Shown here one piece after another: positions 19,307 to 29,429 of a DNA stretch of 63,758 nt. The notes beneath the pieces are model-generated. The model made no database searches. It worked only from the letters and a program-made list of their open reading frames with translations, and was not told where the DNA came from. The translations under genes were made by a program, and so were the position numbers. This DNA comes from Terriglobales bacterium (lineage in GTDB: Bacteria; Acidobacteriota; Terriglobia; Terriglobales; Acidobacteriaceae), in NCBI GenBank assembly GCA_051986135.1, contig JBPYDQ010000002.1, positions 1 through 63,758 on the forward strand, given 5' to 3'. Numbering within the stretch: position 1 is the stretch's first letter; the number at the start of each line of letters is the position of its first letter.

Positions 19307-20029
19307 TCACGGCCTGTTTGCAGCCAGCTTTAATTTTTTCCTTACCAGCGACAAAATTTGCTCGTGCGTTTCATCCGCCGGCCCACGCGCATTCACCACC
19401 GCAACCCGGTGCGGCTCGCGCTCGGCAATGGCGAGATAGGCATTCCGCACCCGCCCAAAAAAGGTCCGGCTCTCCTGCTCGAACCGGCTCTCATCGCCAC
19501 TGCCGCGCTTGCCGGGGTGGCGAGAAGAATTCCGGCGCCGCGCGCGTTCTACGCTGGCGGCGATATCCGAGTCCATGAGAATCGTGAGATCCGGCTGAAT
19601 ATGGCCGCACAGGATGCGATGCAGCTCGGAAACCGGTTGGCTGCCCAACCTTCGCCCGCCTCCCTGATATGCTTCGGTCGAATCGGTGAAGCGGTCGCAC
19701 AGAACGGTCTTTCCCTCACTCAGCGCCGGCTGAATGACCTCCTGCAGATGCTGGGCACGGGCAGCGAACATCAGGGCCAGTTCCGCAAAGGGAGAGAGGT
19801 TGGCCGTGCCGGTGTCGAGGAGAATTTTGCGGATTTCTTCGCCGGTTTCCGTTCCCCCAGGCTCACGCGTGAGCACAACCTCCACTCCTTCGGAATGAAG
19901 TGCTTGCGCAAGCTTCTTGAGCTGAGTACTCTTCCCGCAACCGTCGAGCCCTTCGATGGTGATGAATTTTCCGCGATGTGGCACGGGGAAATCATAGCAT
20001 TCCACAAATGGCAGTCCCCTCGGCCTCAT
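19307..20029 (-). CDS. tmk: dTMP (thymidylate) kinase
   Basis: GKFITIEGLDGCGKSTQ P-loop and TREPGGT motif. The real start may be the GTG at 19984. Confidence 0.9.
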   Translation of the reverse strand: MRPRGLPFVECYDFPVPHRGKFITIEGLDGCGKSTQLKKLAQALHSEGVEVVLTREPGGTETGEEIRKILLDTGTANLSPFAELALMFAARAQHLQEVIQPALSEGKTVLCDRFTDSTEAYQGGGRRLGSQPVSELHRILCGHIQPDLTILMDSDIAASVERARRRNSSRHPGKRGSGDESRFEQESRTFFGRVRNAYLAIAEREPHRVAVVNARGPADETHEQILSLVRKKLKLAANRP

Positions 20030-20169
20030 GAGTCAGCCATCAGATCCTCAGCTTCAGCGATTGCTACGGCATGAGATCAAGCCGAGGCCACCATGGGGTT
20101 AGGACCTACATTCGGACGGCTGGTATATTGTCCTGTGTTGCTGTGATCTCGATGGTCAGGGAGTGAGGA

Positions 20170-22062
20170 ATGACTCCTAGTCGCGCCCGGGGTTCTGCAG
20201 GTTGTTTACTGATTCTGCTTTCTGCAGTGTCATTATTTGGGAAAAACCCTCCGCCGACTATCACGCTCGCCGTTGACGCCAGCGATGCTCCTCGCAAAAT
20301 CTTTCACGCCAAGCTCACGATCCCGGTAACTTCGTCGACCTCAGAGCTGACACTCTACTACCCCAAATGGATTCCTGGCGAGCATGGGCCGACCGGACCA
20401 ATCCAAGATCTTACTGGACTGAAATTCAGCGCCGGTGGGCAGGCGCTGAAATGGCGGCGTGACTTGCTCGACGGGTGGACCTTCCACATCGATCTTCCCG
20501 CTGGAATTGGAAGTCTCGAAGCGAGCCTGGACTTCGCGTCGCCCGCCGGCAAAGAAGGCGAAGGAATCTATACGGGCGGTGCTTCCGCCACACAGGCGAT
20601 GACAGTCGTCAGTTGGAACACACTCGTGCTGTATCCCGAAGGTTGGGCTTCCGATGAACTCACTTATCAGGCCAGCCTGCGGCTTCCAGCCGGATGGAAG
20701 TTTGGTACTTCACTCGATGTCGCTCGGACCAACGGTCTAACCATTCAGTTCGCCCCGGTTTCTCTCACCAGGCTGGTGGACTCGCCGGTAATAGCCGGCG
20801 AGTTCATGCGAACGGTGCCGTTGGCGGACAATCCACCAACCGAGATGGATATTGCGGCCGACAGCGCCGCGGCATTGCAGGCGCCGCCCGAGGTTTGGGA
20901 TCACTATAAACAGCTGGTCGAGCAGGCGCTGAAGCTGTTTGCTGCTCATCATTACCGTAGTTATCACTTTCTTTACAGTCTGAGTGATCACGTAGCGCAT
21001 TTCGGGCTCGAGCATCACGAATCGAATGACAGCCGGGTGGGCGAACGCGGCCTGGTGGACGAAGCCGAGCGCCGGCTGGAGGCCGGCCTATTGCCGCATG
21101 AATATGTGCACTCGTGGAACGGCAAGTATCGCCGCCCTCGGGATCTGACAACGCCCGATTACGAGCAGCCGATGAAGACTGACCTGTTGTGGGTGTACGA
21201 GGGGCTGACCTCCTACCTGGGAGATGTTCTCAGTGCGCGCAGCGGGCTGCGGACGCCGGAAGAACTGCGCGATTCCTGGGCGCTAATTGCTGCCGCCCTG
21301 GACCATACTCCCGGTCGGACGTGGCGCAACCTGCAGGACACGGCCGATGGTGTGCCCGCGATGCAAGACGCTCCGCAACCGTGGGAGTCGTGGCGGCGTG
21401 GTCTCGATTATTATGAGGAGAATGTCCTCAACTGGCTGTGGGTTGACATGATCATTCGCCAGCAGACGCAAGGGAAGAGGTCATTGGATGATTTCTGCCA
21501 GCTGTTTCATGGTGGCTCGAGCACGCCACCCATGGTCAAGACGTATACCTTTGACGATGTCGTGAATGCGTTGAATCAAGTCGCACCCTATGACTGGCGC
21601 CGATTCTGGAATGACCGCTTGTCGAATCACGGCCCCGGCGCTCCCCTGGAAGGTCTCCAGGCTAGCGGTTGGAAACTCGTTTACAACGAGACACCCTCGG
21701 AATTATTCAAATCCGACGAGGAGGACCGCGAGCACACCCACGCTGCCTTGTACTCGCTGGGTCTTGTGCTATCGAGGGACGGCACAATCAGCGACACGAT
21801 CGAGGGCATGCCCGCGGCCAAGGCAGGGATTGGGCCAGGCATGAAGCTGATTGCCGTGAACGGACGCAGATTTTCCGCCGACATCCTGCACGACGCGCTG
21901 GGTGCGGCAAAAACCGGCTCGGCACCCTTGGAGTTGCTGGTCGAGAACACGACTTACATCAACACCTACAGAATTGATTACCATGAGGGAGAGAAGTACC
22001 CGCACTTGCTGCGCGACCAGTCTAAGCCAGATGTGCTCGGTGACATCATCAAACCGAGGTAA
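20170..22062 (+). CDS. M61-family glycyl aminopeptidase with C-terminal PDZ domain, secreted
   Basis: Signal peptide, the HEYVHSWNGKYRRP motif and a PDZ-like GMPAAKAGIGPGMKLIAVNG segment. Confidence 0.82.
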   Translation: MTPSRARGSAGCLLILLSAVSLFGKNPPPTITLAVDASDAPRKIFHAKLTIPVTSSTSELTLYYPKWIPGEHGPTGPIQDLTGLKFSAGGQALKWRRDLLDGWTFHIDLPAGIGSLEASLDFASPAGKEGEGIYTGGASATQAMTVVSWNTLVLYPEGWASDELTYQASLRLPAGWKFGTSLDVARTNGLTIQFAPVSLTRLVDSPVIAGEFMRTVPLADNPPTEMDIAADSAAALQAPPEVWDHYKQLVEQALKLFAAHHYRSYHFLYSLSDHVAHFGLEHHESNDSRVGERGLVDEAERRLEAGLLPHEYVHSWNGKYRRPRDLTTPDYEQPMKTDLLWVYEGLTSYLGDVLSARSGLRTPEELRDSWALIAAALDHTPGRTWRNLQDTADGVPAMQDAPQPWESWRRGLDYYEENVLNWLWVDMIIRQQTQGKRSLDDFCQLFHGGSSTPPMVKTYTFDDVVNALNQVAPYDWRRFWNDRLSNHGPGAPLEGLQASGWKLVYNETPSELFKSDEEDREHTHAALYSLGLVLSRDGTISDTIEGMPAAKAGIGPGMKLIAVNGRRFSADILHDALGAAKTGSAPLELLVENTTYINTYRIDYHEGEKYPHLLRDQSKPDVLGDIIKPR

Positions 22063-22111
22063 AGACCACTTCTTTCCCCGCCCGAGCACGCAGAGATCGC
22101 CGGGGGATGAT

Positions 22112-22891
22112 TTATCTTATCTTCGGTTCTTGATGCTCCTCCGGTTCATCGCCTTCCCTTACTCCCCGAAATAAATCGGTTTCGAACTCGATGGGGCCGG
22201 GATTGATGCTGGCTGCAAGATGAAACAGTTCCTTAGTTCCCCGCTGCCGGACCGTTTTCTCGAAAACCGGGAACAGCGGCGACTGGGTGAGATGCGCGCG
22301 AAAGGCCGCCGTCCTGGTCTCCAGGTAAGGGGCAATTTCAATCGCAGCAGTAATCGGGGGGAGCGAAACCGGCTCACGCTCGGCCAAGGTGAAGTCGGCA
22401 GTGCCGTAATACAACTTTTGGGTTCGATGAGGTTGGAGGCCGTTCTTGAACTGGTCCTGAAAGCGGTTGGAGCGTCCCGCCCATTGATAGGCGAGGGTGG
22501 CAAAAATGGACGCCATGGAATGGTCTGGATGGGCGGTGACGGCACCTTCAGCGCCGAAGGTGATTAACACGTGCGGGCGAAACTGCCGGATCTGCCGCGT
22601 CAGCTCACAAACGACGCTGTACAGGTCGAGCCGGTGCAGTTGGCCATCGGCGTAGTCGAGAACGATCCCACGCGTTACCTGCAAGATGTGACAGGCGGCG
22701 GCAAACTCGCTGCGCCGCAGCACCGCCAGTTCTTGATCATTTTTGGCAGAGCCGCGATGTCCAGCGGCTTGCCCCGGGGTGAGGCAGATCACCGAGGTCT
22801 CCATCCCGCGATCGTGATAGAGCTTCAAGGTGCCGCCGAAGGCACCAGATTCATCATCGGGATGCGCAGTCACGCACATGAGTCGCAACAT
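22112..22891 (-). CDS. PIG-L/LmbE-family N-acetylglucosaminyl deacetylase
   Basis: MCVTAHPDDESGAFGGTL and AHPDH motifs. Confidence 0.8.
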   Translation of the reverse strand: MLRLMCVTAHPDDESGAFGGTLKLYHDRGMETSVICLTPGQAAGHRGSAKNDQELAVLRRSEFAAACHILQVTRGIVLDYADGQLHRLDLYSVVCELTRQIRQFRPHVLITFGAEGAVTAHPDHSMASIFATLAYQWAGRSNRFQDQFKNGLQPHRTQKLYYGTADFTLAEREPVSLPPITAAIEIAPYLETRTAAFRAHLTQSPLFPVFEKTVRQRGTKELFHLAASINPGPIEFETDLFRGVREGDEPEEHQEPKIR

Positions 22892-22927
22892 AGGGGAGAT
22901 TGTACGTGATAAGGCAGAGCTTCCGGA

Positions 22928-23755
22928 TCAGACGGCCTCTTCGTCCACCACGGATTCCACCGCGTTCTCCTCCAGCATGAACGCGAGAACTTCCTGCGGA
23001 ACCGGCGCATTCCACACTGGCGCAAATGATTGGCGATGCAAAGGCGATGGCCCAAATTCGCGAAGCGCCGCGATGTGGCGCGGGGTGCTATATCCCTTGT
23101 TCGAAGCAAGGCCGTATGCGGGAAACACCGGATCCCATTTGGAGACCAAGCGGTCGCGCTCCACCTTGGCGAGGATGGAGGCGGCGGCGATCGACGCTGA
23201 CAGGGCATCGCCGTGAATAATCGGCCGTTGCGGAAGATCGCACTCGATGCGTAGGGCGTCGATCAACAAGTGATCGGGAGCGGGTTCGAGCGCGAGAACC
23301 GCCTCGCGCATGGCCAGTCTGGATGCGTGATAGATGTTGATTTGATCGATGCGGGCAGCATCCACGGCTCGAATCGCGTAGCCGAGGCAATGCTGGCGAA
23401 TACGCTCGGCAAGCACCTCGCGTCTTTTCCGGGGGAGAAGTTTCGAGTCCCGCAAGCCCCGAATCCGGTAATTGGGATCGAGAATTACGGCCGCTGCAAC
23501 CACCGCCCCAAACAGCGACCCGCGACCGACCTCATCCACTCCTGCCACCAGCCGAGCGCCCTCCGTCCATGCTTTTTTTTCATAGCGCAGCGTACAGCGC
23601 AGTCTCCTGAGCAGGCGCAGCTTGGCGGCGGAGGGGGACAGCGGCTTCTCGGGAGCGCGGTTGGGCCCTGGGGACACGGGAATCAGCCTCATCTTCGCCG
23701 AGGCCGAGATAGACTGCAAGTTGAAAGCTTCGGGAAAACTGAAAACGATCGCCAC
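22928..23755 (-). CDS. rnhB: Ribonuclease HII
   Basis: AGVDEVGRGSLFGAVVAAAV, DSKLL and SIAAASILAK motifs. The start is probably internal (M at 23692). Confidence 0.9.
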   Translation of the reverse strand: MAIVFSFPEAFNLQSISASAKMRLIPVSPGPNRAPEKPLSPSAAKLRLLRRLRCTLRYEKKAWTEGARLVAGVDEVGRGSLFGAVVAAAVILDPNYRIRGLRDSKLLPRKRREVLAERIRQHCLGYAIRAVDAARIDQINIYHASRLAMREAVLALEPAPDHLLIDALRIECDLPQRPIIHGDALSASIAAASILAKVERDRLVSKWDPVFPAYGLASNKGYSTPRHIAALREFGPSPLHRQSFAPVWNAPVPQEVLAFMLEENAVESVVDEEAV

Positions 23756-23821
23756 GGATCTTTCCGGAAGTCGAGGATACGAAATCCGCGCTCGTGGGCT
23801 TCGAAATCCGTGGCTCAGGTA

Positions 23822-24166
23822 TCAGTCGGCATCGCGCAGTCGAGCCGCTTTGCCCTTGAGAGAGCGGAGGTAGTACAGCTTGGCCCGGCGCACCTTAGAG
23901 GAGCGCAACACATCCACTTTGTCGATAACTTTGGAATTCAGGGGGAAGATGCGCTCGACACCCTGGCCAAAGCTGATCTTGCGAACGGTGAAGCTGGCCT
24001 GTGCACCATTGCTTTTAGAGATCACGACGCCTTCGAACGCCTGCAGGCGTTCTTTGTCGCCTTCTTTGATCTTCACTTGGACGCGGACCGTATCGCCCGG
24101 CTGGAAGTCCGGAATATCAGTGCGTCGAGATTTGGAGAGGAGTTTATCGATAACCAGGTTCGGCAT
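23822..24166 (-). CDS. rplS: 50S ribosomal protein L19
   Basis: 114 aa with the [33 protein letters not shown] signature. Confidence 0.95.
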   Translation of the reverse strand: MPNLVIDKLLSKSRRTDIPDFQPGDTVRVQVKIKEGDKERLQAFEGVVISKSNGAQASFTVRKISFGQGVERIFPLNSKVIDKVDVLRSSKVRRAKLYYLRSLKGKAARLRDAD

Positions 24167-24242
24167 GTTCGTTTTCCTTCAAAGTTTCTGCCCCCAAAAA
24201 GGGGCAATCATTTTCCGTTCTCAGGGCTTATACCCGCCGTGC

Positions 24243-25097
24243 TTACGTCTGTCGCCCCGAAATACCCGTGTCGCGCGTCAAATCCACCTTAGTCGCCTTC
24301 TGCCGGATATGCGCCAGCAACTCCTGATCTTGGTCGCTTAACTCGACCAGATCCAGTAACTCAGGACGGTTGCGAAGCGTTTTCTGCAAAGCCGTCCGAC
24401 GTCGCCAGAGCCGGATCTGCTCATGATCACCAGAAACCAGCACCTCCGGTACCGCCATTCCGCGGAAATGGGCGGGGCGCGTGTAGTGCGGATAATCCAG
24501 GAGCCCTCCCGAAGGGCAGGTCGATTGTGGACCTGCCTTTGCCAGCATTTCTTGCTGCACCGTGAAGGATTCCTGCTGGGTCGAGGCTTGATTGCCGACT
24601 GCACCGGGAATCAACCGCGTCACCGTGTCGATCACAACTGCCGCTCCTAATTCGCCCCCGCTGAGCACGTAATCGCCGATCGAAAACTCCCGGTCAGCCA
24701 TGAACTCCCCGACGCGCTCATCCACGCCTTCGTAACGGCCGCAAATCAGAACCATACGTTCCAGAGCGGCAAGTTCGGTGGCTCGAGATTGATCAAAGCG
24801 CCTGCCTTGCGCGGAAAGTAGGATGACGCTCTCGTGGGCATCACGCGAAATGCGCTCTTCCCGCGCGCCCAGCTGGAGCGAATCGATACATTCAAAGATC
24901 GGTTCCGGCTTCAGGACCATGCCCTCGCCGCCGCCAAACGGGCGGTCATCGACGGTGCGGTGCCGGTCGTGGGCAAACACCCGCAGGTCGTGCACTTCGA
25001 TCTCGACCAATCCCGCTTCCCGGGCCCGCCGTACAATTCCGTAATCCAGCGGTCCGCGAAAGAAGTCGGGAAAAATCGTTAATATGTCGAGGTGCAT
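24243..25097 (-). CDS. trmD: tRNA (guanine37-N1)-methyltransferase
   Basis: LDILTIFPDFF N-terminus, CGRYEGVDERV and SIGDYVLSGGE motifs. Confidence 0.95.
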   Translation of the reverse strand: MHLDILTIFPDFFRGPLDYGIVRRAREAGLVEIEVHDLRVFAHDRHRTVDDRPFGGGEGMVLKPEPIFECIDSLQLGAREERISRDAHESVILLSAQGRRFDQSRATELAALERMVLICGRYEGVDERVGEFMADREFSIGDYVLSGGELGAAVVIDTVTRLIPGAVGNQASTQQESFTVQQEMLAKAGPQSTCPSGGLLDYPHYTRPAHFRGMAVPEVLVSGDHEQIRLWRRRTALQKTLRNRPELLDLVELSDQDQELLAHIRQKATKVDLTRDTGISGRQT

Positions 25098-25162
25098 TTC
25101 AGCAATTAGCAGTTACCCCTACCGGATACGGCGGCAGGTTTCGAAACCAGTAATTAAGAGCA

Positions 25163-25720
25163 CTAACCGCCTTTTTGCCGCTTCTTTTCCTCTTCGGTCA
25201 ACGGCGCGTTGACTTCCAGCATTCCCTCGGGCAGCCGCATCCGGATTAGCTTGTCGGCCAGGTCGATGCTCTCCAGAAATGCCTTGGCAAAGGGAATCTC
25301 GTATTGCTCGCCGCCACTGACCACCAGCAGCGGAGCCTCCCCAGCGCCGAATCGTACATCACTCACCCGACCGATCTGGCGCTCGGCGTCCCAGACAACG
25401 CAACCTACCAGATCGCCAACGTAGGCCGAACCCGGTTCGAGTTCGGCGCGCTGGCTGGCCGGAATCTGCAGCTCGCATCCGACCAGCGATTCGGCCTCCG
25501 AGATGGACTCCACTCCGGCCAACTTCAGGACGATTTGTCCTTTATGCGGCCAGAACGATTCCAGTTCCAGTTCGCGCCGCGAGCCATTCCCGGCGAGGGC
25601 GAAAAGATGCCTACGATCCTCGAAGCGCTCAGGAAAATCAGTGTGGAGTTCGGCCGCGACCTCGCCACGACGGCCCTGCGTCTTTTTAACGTGGGCGATG
25701 GTAACAAACTCTTCGCCTAT
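25163..25720 (-). CDS. rimM: 16S rRNA processing protein RimM (start codon non-canonical or unresolved)
   Basis: The track ORF starts at TTG 25522. The same frame stays open up to 25744 and encodes EEFVTIAHVKKTQGRRGEVAAELHTDFPERF, the RimM N-domain signature. I placed the 5' end at ATA 25718-25720. Confidence 0.8.
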   Translation of the reverse strand: MGEEFVTIAHVKKTQGRRGEVAAELHTDFPERFEDRRHLFALAGNGSRRELELESFWPHKGQIVLKLAGVESISEAESLVGCELQIPASQRAELEPGSAYVGDLVGCVVWDAERQIGRVSDVRFGAGEAPLLVVSGGEQYEIPFAKAFLESIDLADKLIRMRLPEGMLEVNAPLTEEEKKRQKGG

Positions 25721-25971
25721 TCCAGGATCTCCAACGTGTAATGCTTATGCAGCTTCATAGCAGCCGCACTCAATAATGTTCGCAAGGCGCGGGCTGTGCG
25801 TCCGGACTTTCCAATCACCCTGCCCAGATCAGCCTCCGCAACCTTCAATTCGAGGATGTTCTCGCCGTCTTCTTCCAGGGCCTCGACCATGACCTGGTCA
25901 GGCGAATCGACGATGGCCTTGGCGACCTGCTCAATGAGCACCCGCGCATCACCAGCATGCTCGCCTGTCAT
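25717..25971 (-). CDS. KH-domain RNA-binding protein (UPF0109/YlqC-like)
   Basis: 84 aa with the VIGKSGRTARALRTLL GxxG KH motif. Sits in the conserved position between rpsP and rimM. Confidence 0.85.
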   Translation of the reverse strand: MTGEHAGDARVLIEQVAKAIVDSPDQVMVEALEEDGENILELKVAEADLGRVIGKSGRTARALRTLLSAAAMKLHKHYTLEILE

Positions 25972-26004
25972 CGGGGATTTCGCTCCTTAGGATTTGCCGG
26001 TGGC

Positions 26005-26262
26005 CTAGGCCAACGAGGCTGCCGGCGCCGGCCCGGGCTGTGCTACCAGCTTCTGAACGCGTTCGGACATCTGTGCGCCCTTGGAAACCCAGAAGTCAAT
26101 CCGGTCACGCTTCAGTTCAATACTGGCCGGAGTGGAGCGTGGATTGTAAGTGCCCACAACTTCTACGGGACGCCCATCACGGGCCCGCTCTTTTTCGATC
26201 ACGATCACCCGGTAGTGCGGCTGCTTACGCGCACCCATGCGCTTGAGTCGAATCATTAACAC
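26005..26262 (-). CDS. rpsP: 30S ribosomal protein S16
   Basis: MIRLKRMGARKQPHYRVIV signature. The probable start is the second Met (26256). Confidence 0.95.
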   Translation of the reverse strand: MLMIRLKRMGARKQPHYRVIVIEKERARDGRPVEVVGTYNPRSTPASIELKRDRIDFWVSKGAQMSERVQKLVAQPGPAPAASLA

Positions 26263-26309
26263 CGGATTTCAGCTTCCTTTCCTGCTTACGGGAGGGATGT
26301 AGACAAACT

Positions 26310-26341
26310 ATTATTATCGCGGAAGATAGCGGGATTGGCAA
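26310..26341 (-). promoter_or_regulatory. Putative sigma70-type promoter of the rpsP operon
   Basis: On the minus strand, TTGCCA-N18-ATAATAAT lies about 50 nt upstream of rpsP. Confidence 0.35.
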
Positions 26342-26399
26342 TAGCGCGCGGTTCGAAGGTCTTTGGCAAACCCGCGGCCTCGACTCTGGCGTCTTATAG

Positions 26400-26669
26400 G
26401 TGCACAAACCCGGCAGAACGCCTATGGCTTACGTGGAAAGAGCGGAGGTCGTCACTTTTGAGAAATCCTGGCTCATCCGCATCGGCGCGGCTCTGGTGGT
26501 CGTGACCACGATGCTGCTGGTTCTTCTCTCCGCTCTAGCTTTCGTGCTCCACGTTAGGGGCCCGTTTGCCGCCCTGGCGGTCTATTCCTATCTGGCGGGT
26601 TCGATAGGCATGATTCTGCTCTGCCTGGGTGCCATTCACGTTTTGTTGCGCCGCCGACCGGTCGAATAA
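26400..26669 (+). CDS. Small two-helix membrane protein, hypothetical
   Basis: 89-aa ORF (ATG at 26424 is also possible) with two long hydrophobic segments. No motif recognised. Confidence 0.4.
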   Translation: MHKPGRTPMAYVERAEVVTFEKSWLIRIGAALVVVTTMLLVLLSALAFVLHVRGPFAALAVYSYLAGSIGMILLCLGAIHVLLRRRPVE

Positions 26670-26671
26670 AG

Positions 26672-27361
26672 TCAACCGGATAGGAGATATGTGAGAACTT
26701 CTGCCGGTTCCGGCCGCCGAGTATAGTCCGCGTCCGCGCAGGCAAACAACGCGGCGCCATCCTGGTCAAGAATGTACATGGCCGGAATCGGGAGTTCCCA
26801 GCTGTCGTCGCCGTTGGCCAAAGGCAGGTTTATGAAAGCCCGACGATAGATTGCCTGCTGCTCCTCAGGAACCCGATAGACAATCCCGAACTGCCGCGCG
26901 ACCCGGTTACCTTGATCGGACAAGAGCGGGAATTGCAGCCGGTGCTGGTCGGCCATAAAGAATGATTGTGGAACAGTCTGCGGAGAAATGGCCACCAGAT
27001 TCGCGCCAGCCAGTTTAATTTGCGGCAGGATCAGGTTCATCGCTTCCAGTTGGCCGACGCAGAAGGGGCACCAGCGTCCTCGAAAGAAGCAGATTACCAG
27101 TTTGCCCTTGGTCACGAGATCAGAGCGGGAAACCTGTTTGCCGTTGTGATCCTGAAGCTCGAAGACCGATGCCTTGGCTCCGACACTCAGGATTCGTTGC
27201 TCGATTCCGCTTTGCTTCAGATCCGCAATCACTTTCGAATGAACAGCCTGCGTTTCCGGCGGGACGTACTCGGCGATCAACCGTTTCTTTTCACCGAACT
27301 CGTCGCGCAAGGATCGGATCCGACGAGTGGCACTGGATTCGTCTAAGGATCGCCATTTCAT
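26672..27361 (-). CDS. Peroxiredoxin-like (AhpC/TSA family) thiol-disulfide oxidoreductase
   Basis: FFRGRWCPFCVGQL redox motif. Confidence 0.8.
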   Translation of the reverse strand: MKWRSLDESSATRRIRSLRDEFGEKKRLIAEYVPPETQAVHSKVIADLKQSGIEQRILSVGAKASVFELQDHNGKQVSRSDLVTKGKLVICFFRGRWCPFCVGQLEAMNLILPQIKLAGANLVAISPQTVPQSFFMADQHRLQFPLLSDQGNRVARQFGIVYRVPEEQQAIYRRAFINLPLANGDDSWELPIPAMYILDQDGAALFACADADYTRRPEPAEVLTYLLSG

Positions 27362-27428
27362 GACTCGTCCTCGATCGTTGGCTTCTGGGGTGCCACCCTA
27401 TCTTTCAGTTCAATCAGGAGAACTTCCA

Positions 27429-27890
27429 TTACGGTACTTCTCGCGGATTCGGAACACTGGAATGGGCCACGATTAGCCAGCGGCCTTTCATTCTTCTGAC
27501 CACGATTACGTAGTTGCCTTCCACCAGCCGGTCCCGGAGAGTGACGTTGTATGCGCCGGTGTCGTAGCCTAGGTCGCCCGAGTGGTCGACGCGCAAGCTA
27601 TGGACAACATAATTATGAGCTCCGCCACTGATGGAGCGCTCGATTTCCGCCAGGATCGAATCATGACCATGTACGGTTCCATCCCAGCGCATCAGGACTG
27701 CCTCGGGAGCATAAAAGGCCGCCACTTTATCGGCATGCCCGGCGTTGAATTCCTGCACCCAGGTGTCACGCAGGTGCTGAATCTCGGTGGCAAAATCGTC
27801 GCCTTGCTTCGGTTGCGCCGGCCCATTCTGTGCCCCTGCCATACCAGCCAAAAGCACCATGAAGAAGATTAACCTTGTATGCTTGCACAC
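27429..27890 (-). CDS. NTF2-like (SnoaL/DUF4440) secreted protein
   Basis: GGAGGA Shine-Dalgarno plus GTG at 27890 gives a signal peptide (MCKHTRLIFFMVLLAGMAGA). The fold-family call rests on the WVQEFNAGHADKVAAFYAPEAVLM pattern. The ORF opens at 27968. Confidence 0.6.
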   Translation of the reverse strand: MCKHTRLIFFMVLLAGMAGAQNGPAQPKQGDDFATEIQHLRDTWVQEFNAGHADKVAAFYAPEAVLMRWDGTVHGHDSILAEIERSISGGAHNYVVHSLRVDHSGDLGYDTGAYNVTLRDRLVEGNYVIVVRRMKGRWLIVAHSSVPNPREVP

Positions 27891-28070
27891 CTTTGTCCTC
27901 CGATCATTGGGGAGAATTGCCTGACGCCGCTCGGCTGTCTGGCACTGACACCAGCGTCTGTCGACCACACCTCCCCGTGCCCAACGCTGCGCGAATACTG
28001 GCCTCAGGGTGATATTTCGCGAGTACTTAACGAAAACAGAAAAACGAAAGTGGAGAACCGAGATCTACCC

Positions 28071-29429
28071 TCACATTCCGGGGAACTTCATGCCAGCCAT
28101 GCGACGGGCGAAACTGGGCTTGCCCATCTGTTTGAACATCTTCTTCATCTGGGCGTATTGGCGGAGCAGGTTATTGACTTCCTGCACGCTGGTTCCGGAA
28201 CCACGGGCTATGCGCTTGCGGCGGCTGCCGTTGATGGCTTCATGATGATCGCGCTCGTAAGGGGTCATGGAATTAATAATCGCCTCGACGCGGTTGATCT
28301 GCTTGTCATCCACCTTCTCGGCCGCCTGCTGCAGCCCCGAGAATGCGCCGATGCGCGGTAGCATGCCCATAAGGCTCTGCAGCGATCCCATCTTTCTGAC
28401 CTGTCGCAGTTGATCGCGAAAATCTTCCAGTGAGAAGCCGTCCCCGCTCAGCGCCTTGGTGGCAATCTCCTGGGCGCGTTTCTTGTCGACCTGCTGTTCG
28501 GCTTTTTCAATAAGGGAGAGAATGTCGCCCATGCCGAGAATGCGCGAGACGATGCGATCAGGGTGAAACAGTTCGAGCGCGTCGTACTTTTCGCCGATGC
28601 CGATGAACTTGATCGGCTGTCCGGTCACATTGCGGATCGACAGCGCTGCGCCCCCGCGAGCATCGCCATCCATCTTCGTTAGCACGACGCCGGTGAGGGT
28701 GAGCTTCTTATGGAACTCGTCCGCGGAGCGCACCGCATCTTGACCAGTCATAGCGTCGGCAACAAAAAGGATTTCCTGCGGATTGAGAAGGCTCTTCAGG
28801 GACTGCATCTCTTCCATGAGCTGCTGGTCGATATGGAGACGGCCGGCGGTGTCGACGATTAAAACGTCGCATCCGGTGTTCATTGCCTCGCGTCTCGCTT
28901 CTTTCGCCAGACGCTCGACCGTGGCGGTATTGGCTTCCTCTACCTGTCCCTCATAGATATTGCCCCGGATGGCCTGAGCAACGACCCTGAGCTGTTCGCG
29001 CGCGGCTGGTCGGTAAACGTCGACAGAAACCAGCAACGGCCGATGGCCGCCGTTCTTCAACCAATTCGCGAGTTTCCCCGAGGTGGTGGTCTTTCCGGAA
29101 CCCTGCAGCCCAGCCATGAGAACTACAGTTGGGGGCTGGGATGCGAATTTGAGTTTGGCCGTGTCGCGGCCCAAGAGTTCAACCAATTCATCGCGGACGA
29201 TCTTGATGACCTGTTCACCGGGCGACAGAGCGGTCATAACCTCCTGCCCGAGCGCCTTATCCTGGACCCTGTCAATGAGCTGCTTAACCACCTTGAAGCT
29301 CACGTCGGCCTCAAGCAGCGCAATGCGAATCTGGCGGAGAGCCTCCTGAATGTTGTCTTCATTCAGGACCGCCTGGCCGCGCAGCGTTTTAAAGGTCAGG
29401 TTTAGTTTTTCCGAGAGATTCTCAAACAT
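28071..29429 (-). CDS. ffh: Signal recognition particle protein Ffh
   Basis: GLQGSGKTTTSGKLA, DTAGR and TKMDGDARGG GTPase motifs plus a Met-rich M domain. Confidence 0.96.
   Translation of the reverse strand: MFENLSEKLNLTFKTLRGQAVLNEDNIQEALRQIRIALLEADVSFKVVKQLIDRVQDKALGQEVMTALSPGEQVIKIVRDELVELLGRDTAKLKFASQPPTVVLMAGLQGSGKTTTSGKLANWLKNGGHRPLLVSVDVYRPAAREQLRVVAQAIRGNIYEGQVEEANTATVERLAKEARREAMNTGCDVLIVDTAGRLHIDQQLMEEMQSLKSLLNPQEILFVADAMTGQDAVRSADEFHKKLTLTGVVLTKMDGDARGGAALSIRNVTGQPIKFIGIGEKYDALELFHPDRIVSRILGMGDILSLIEKAEQQVDKKRAQEIATKALSGDGFSLEDFRDQLRQVRKMGSLQSLMGMLPRIGAFSGLQQAAEKVDDKQINRVEAIINSMTPYERDHHEAINGSRRKRIARGSGTSVQEVNNLLRQYAQMKKMFKQMGKPSFARRMAGMKFPGM

Noticed and set aside
19358-20074. 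Long plus-strand ORF (238 aa) opposite tmk. Similar shadow ORFs lie opposite trpD (49902..51008), rnhB/rplS (23270..24292), glmS (38089..38877), mutM (57933..58715), the M1-like gene (47150..47752) and DUF3604 (4312..5007).
   Set aside because: Each lies antisense to a gene with unmistakable family motifs. Their products are Arg/Gly/Pro/Ser-rich with no recognisable domain, which is typical of GC-rich shadow frames.
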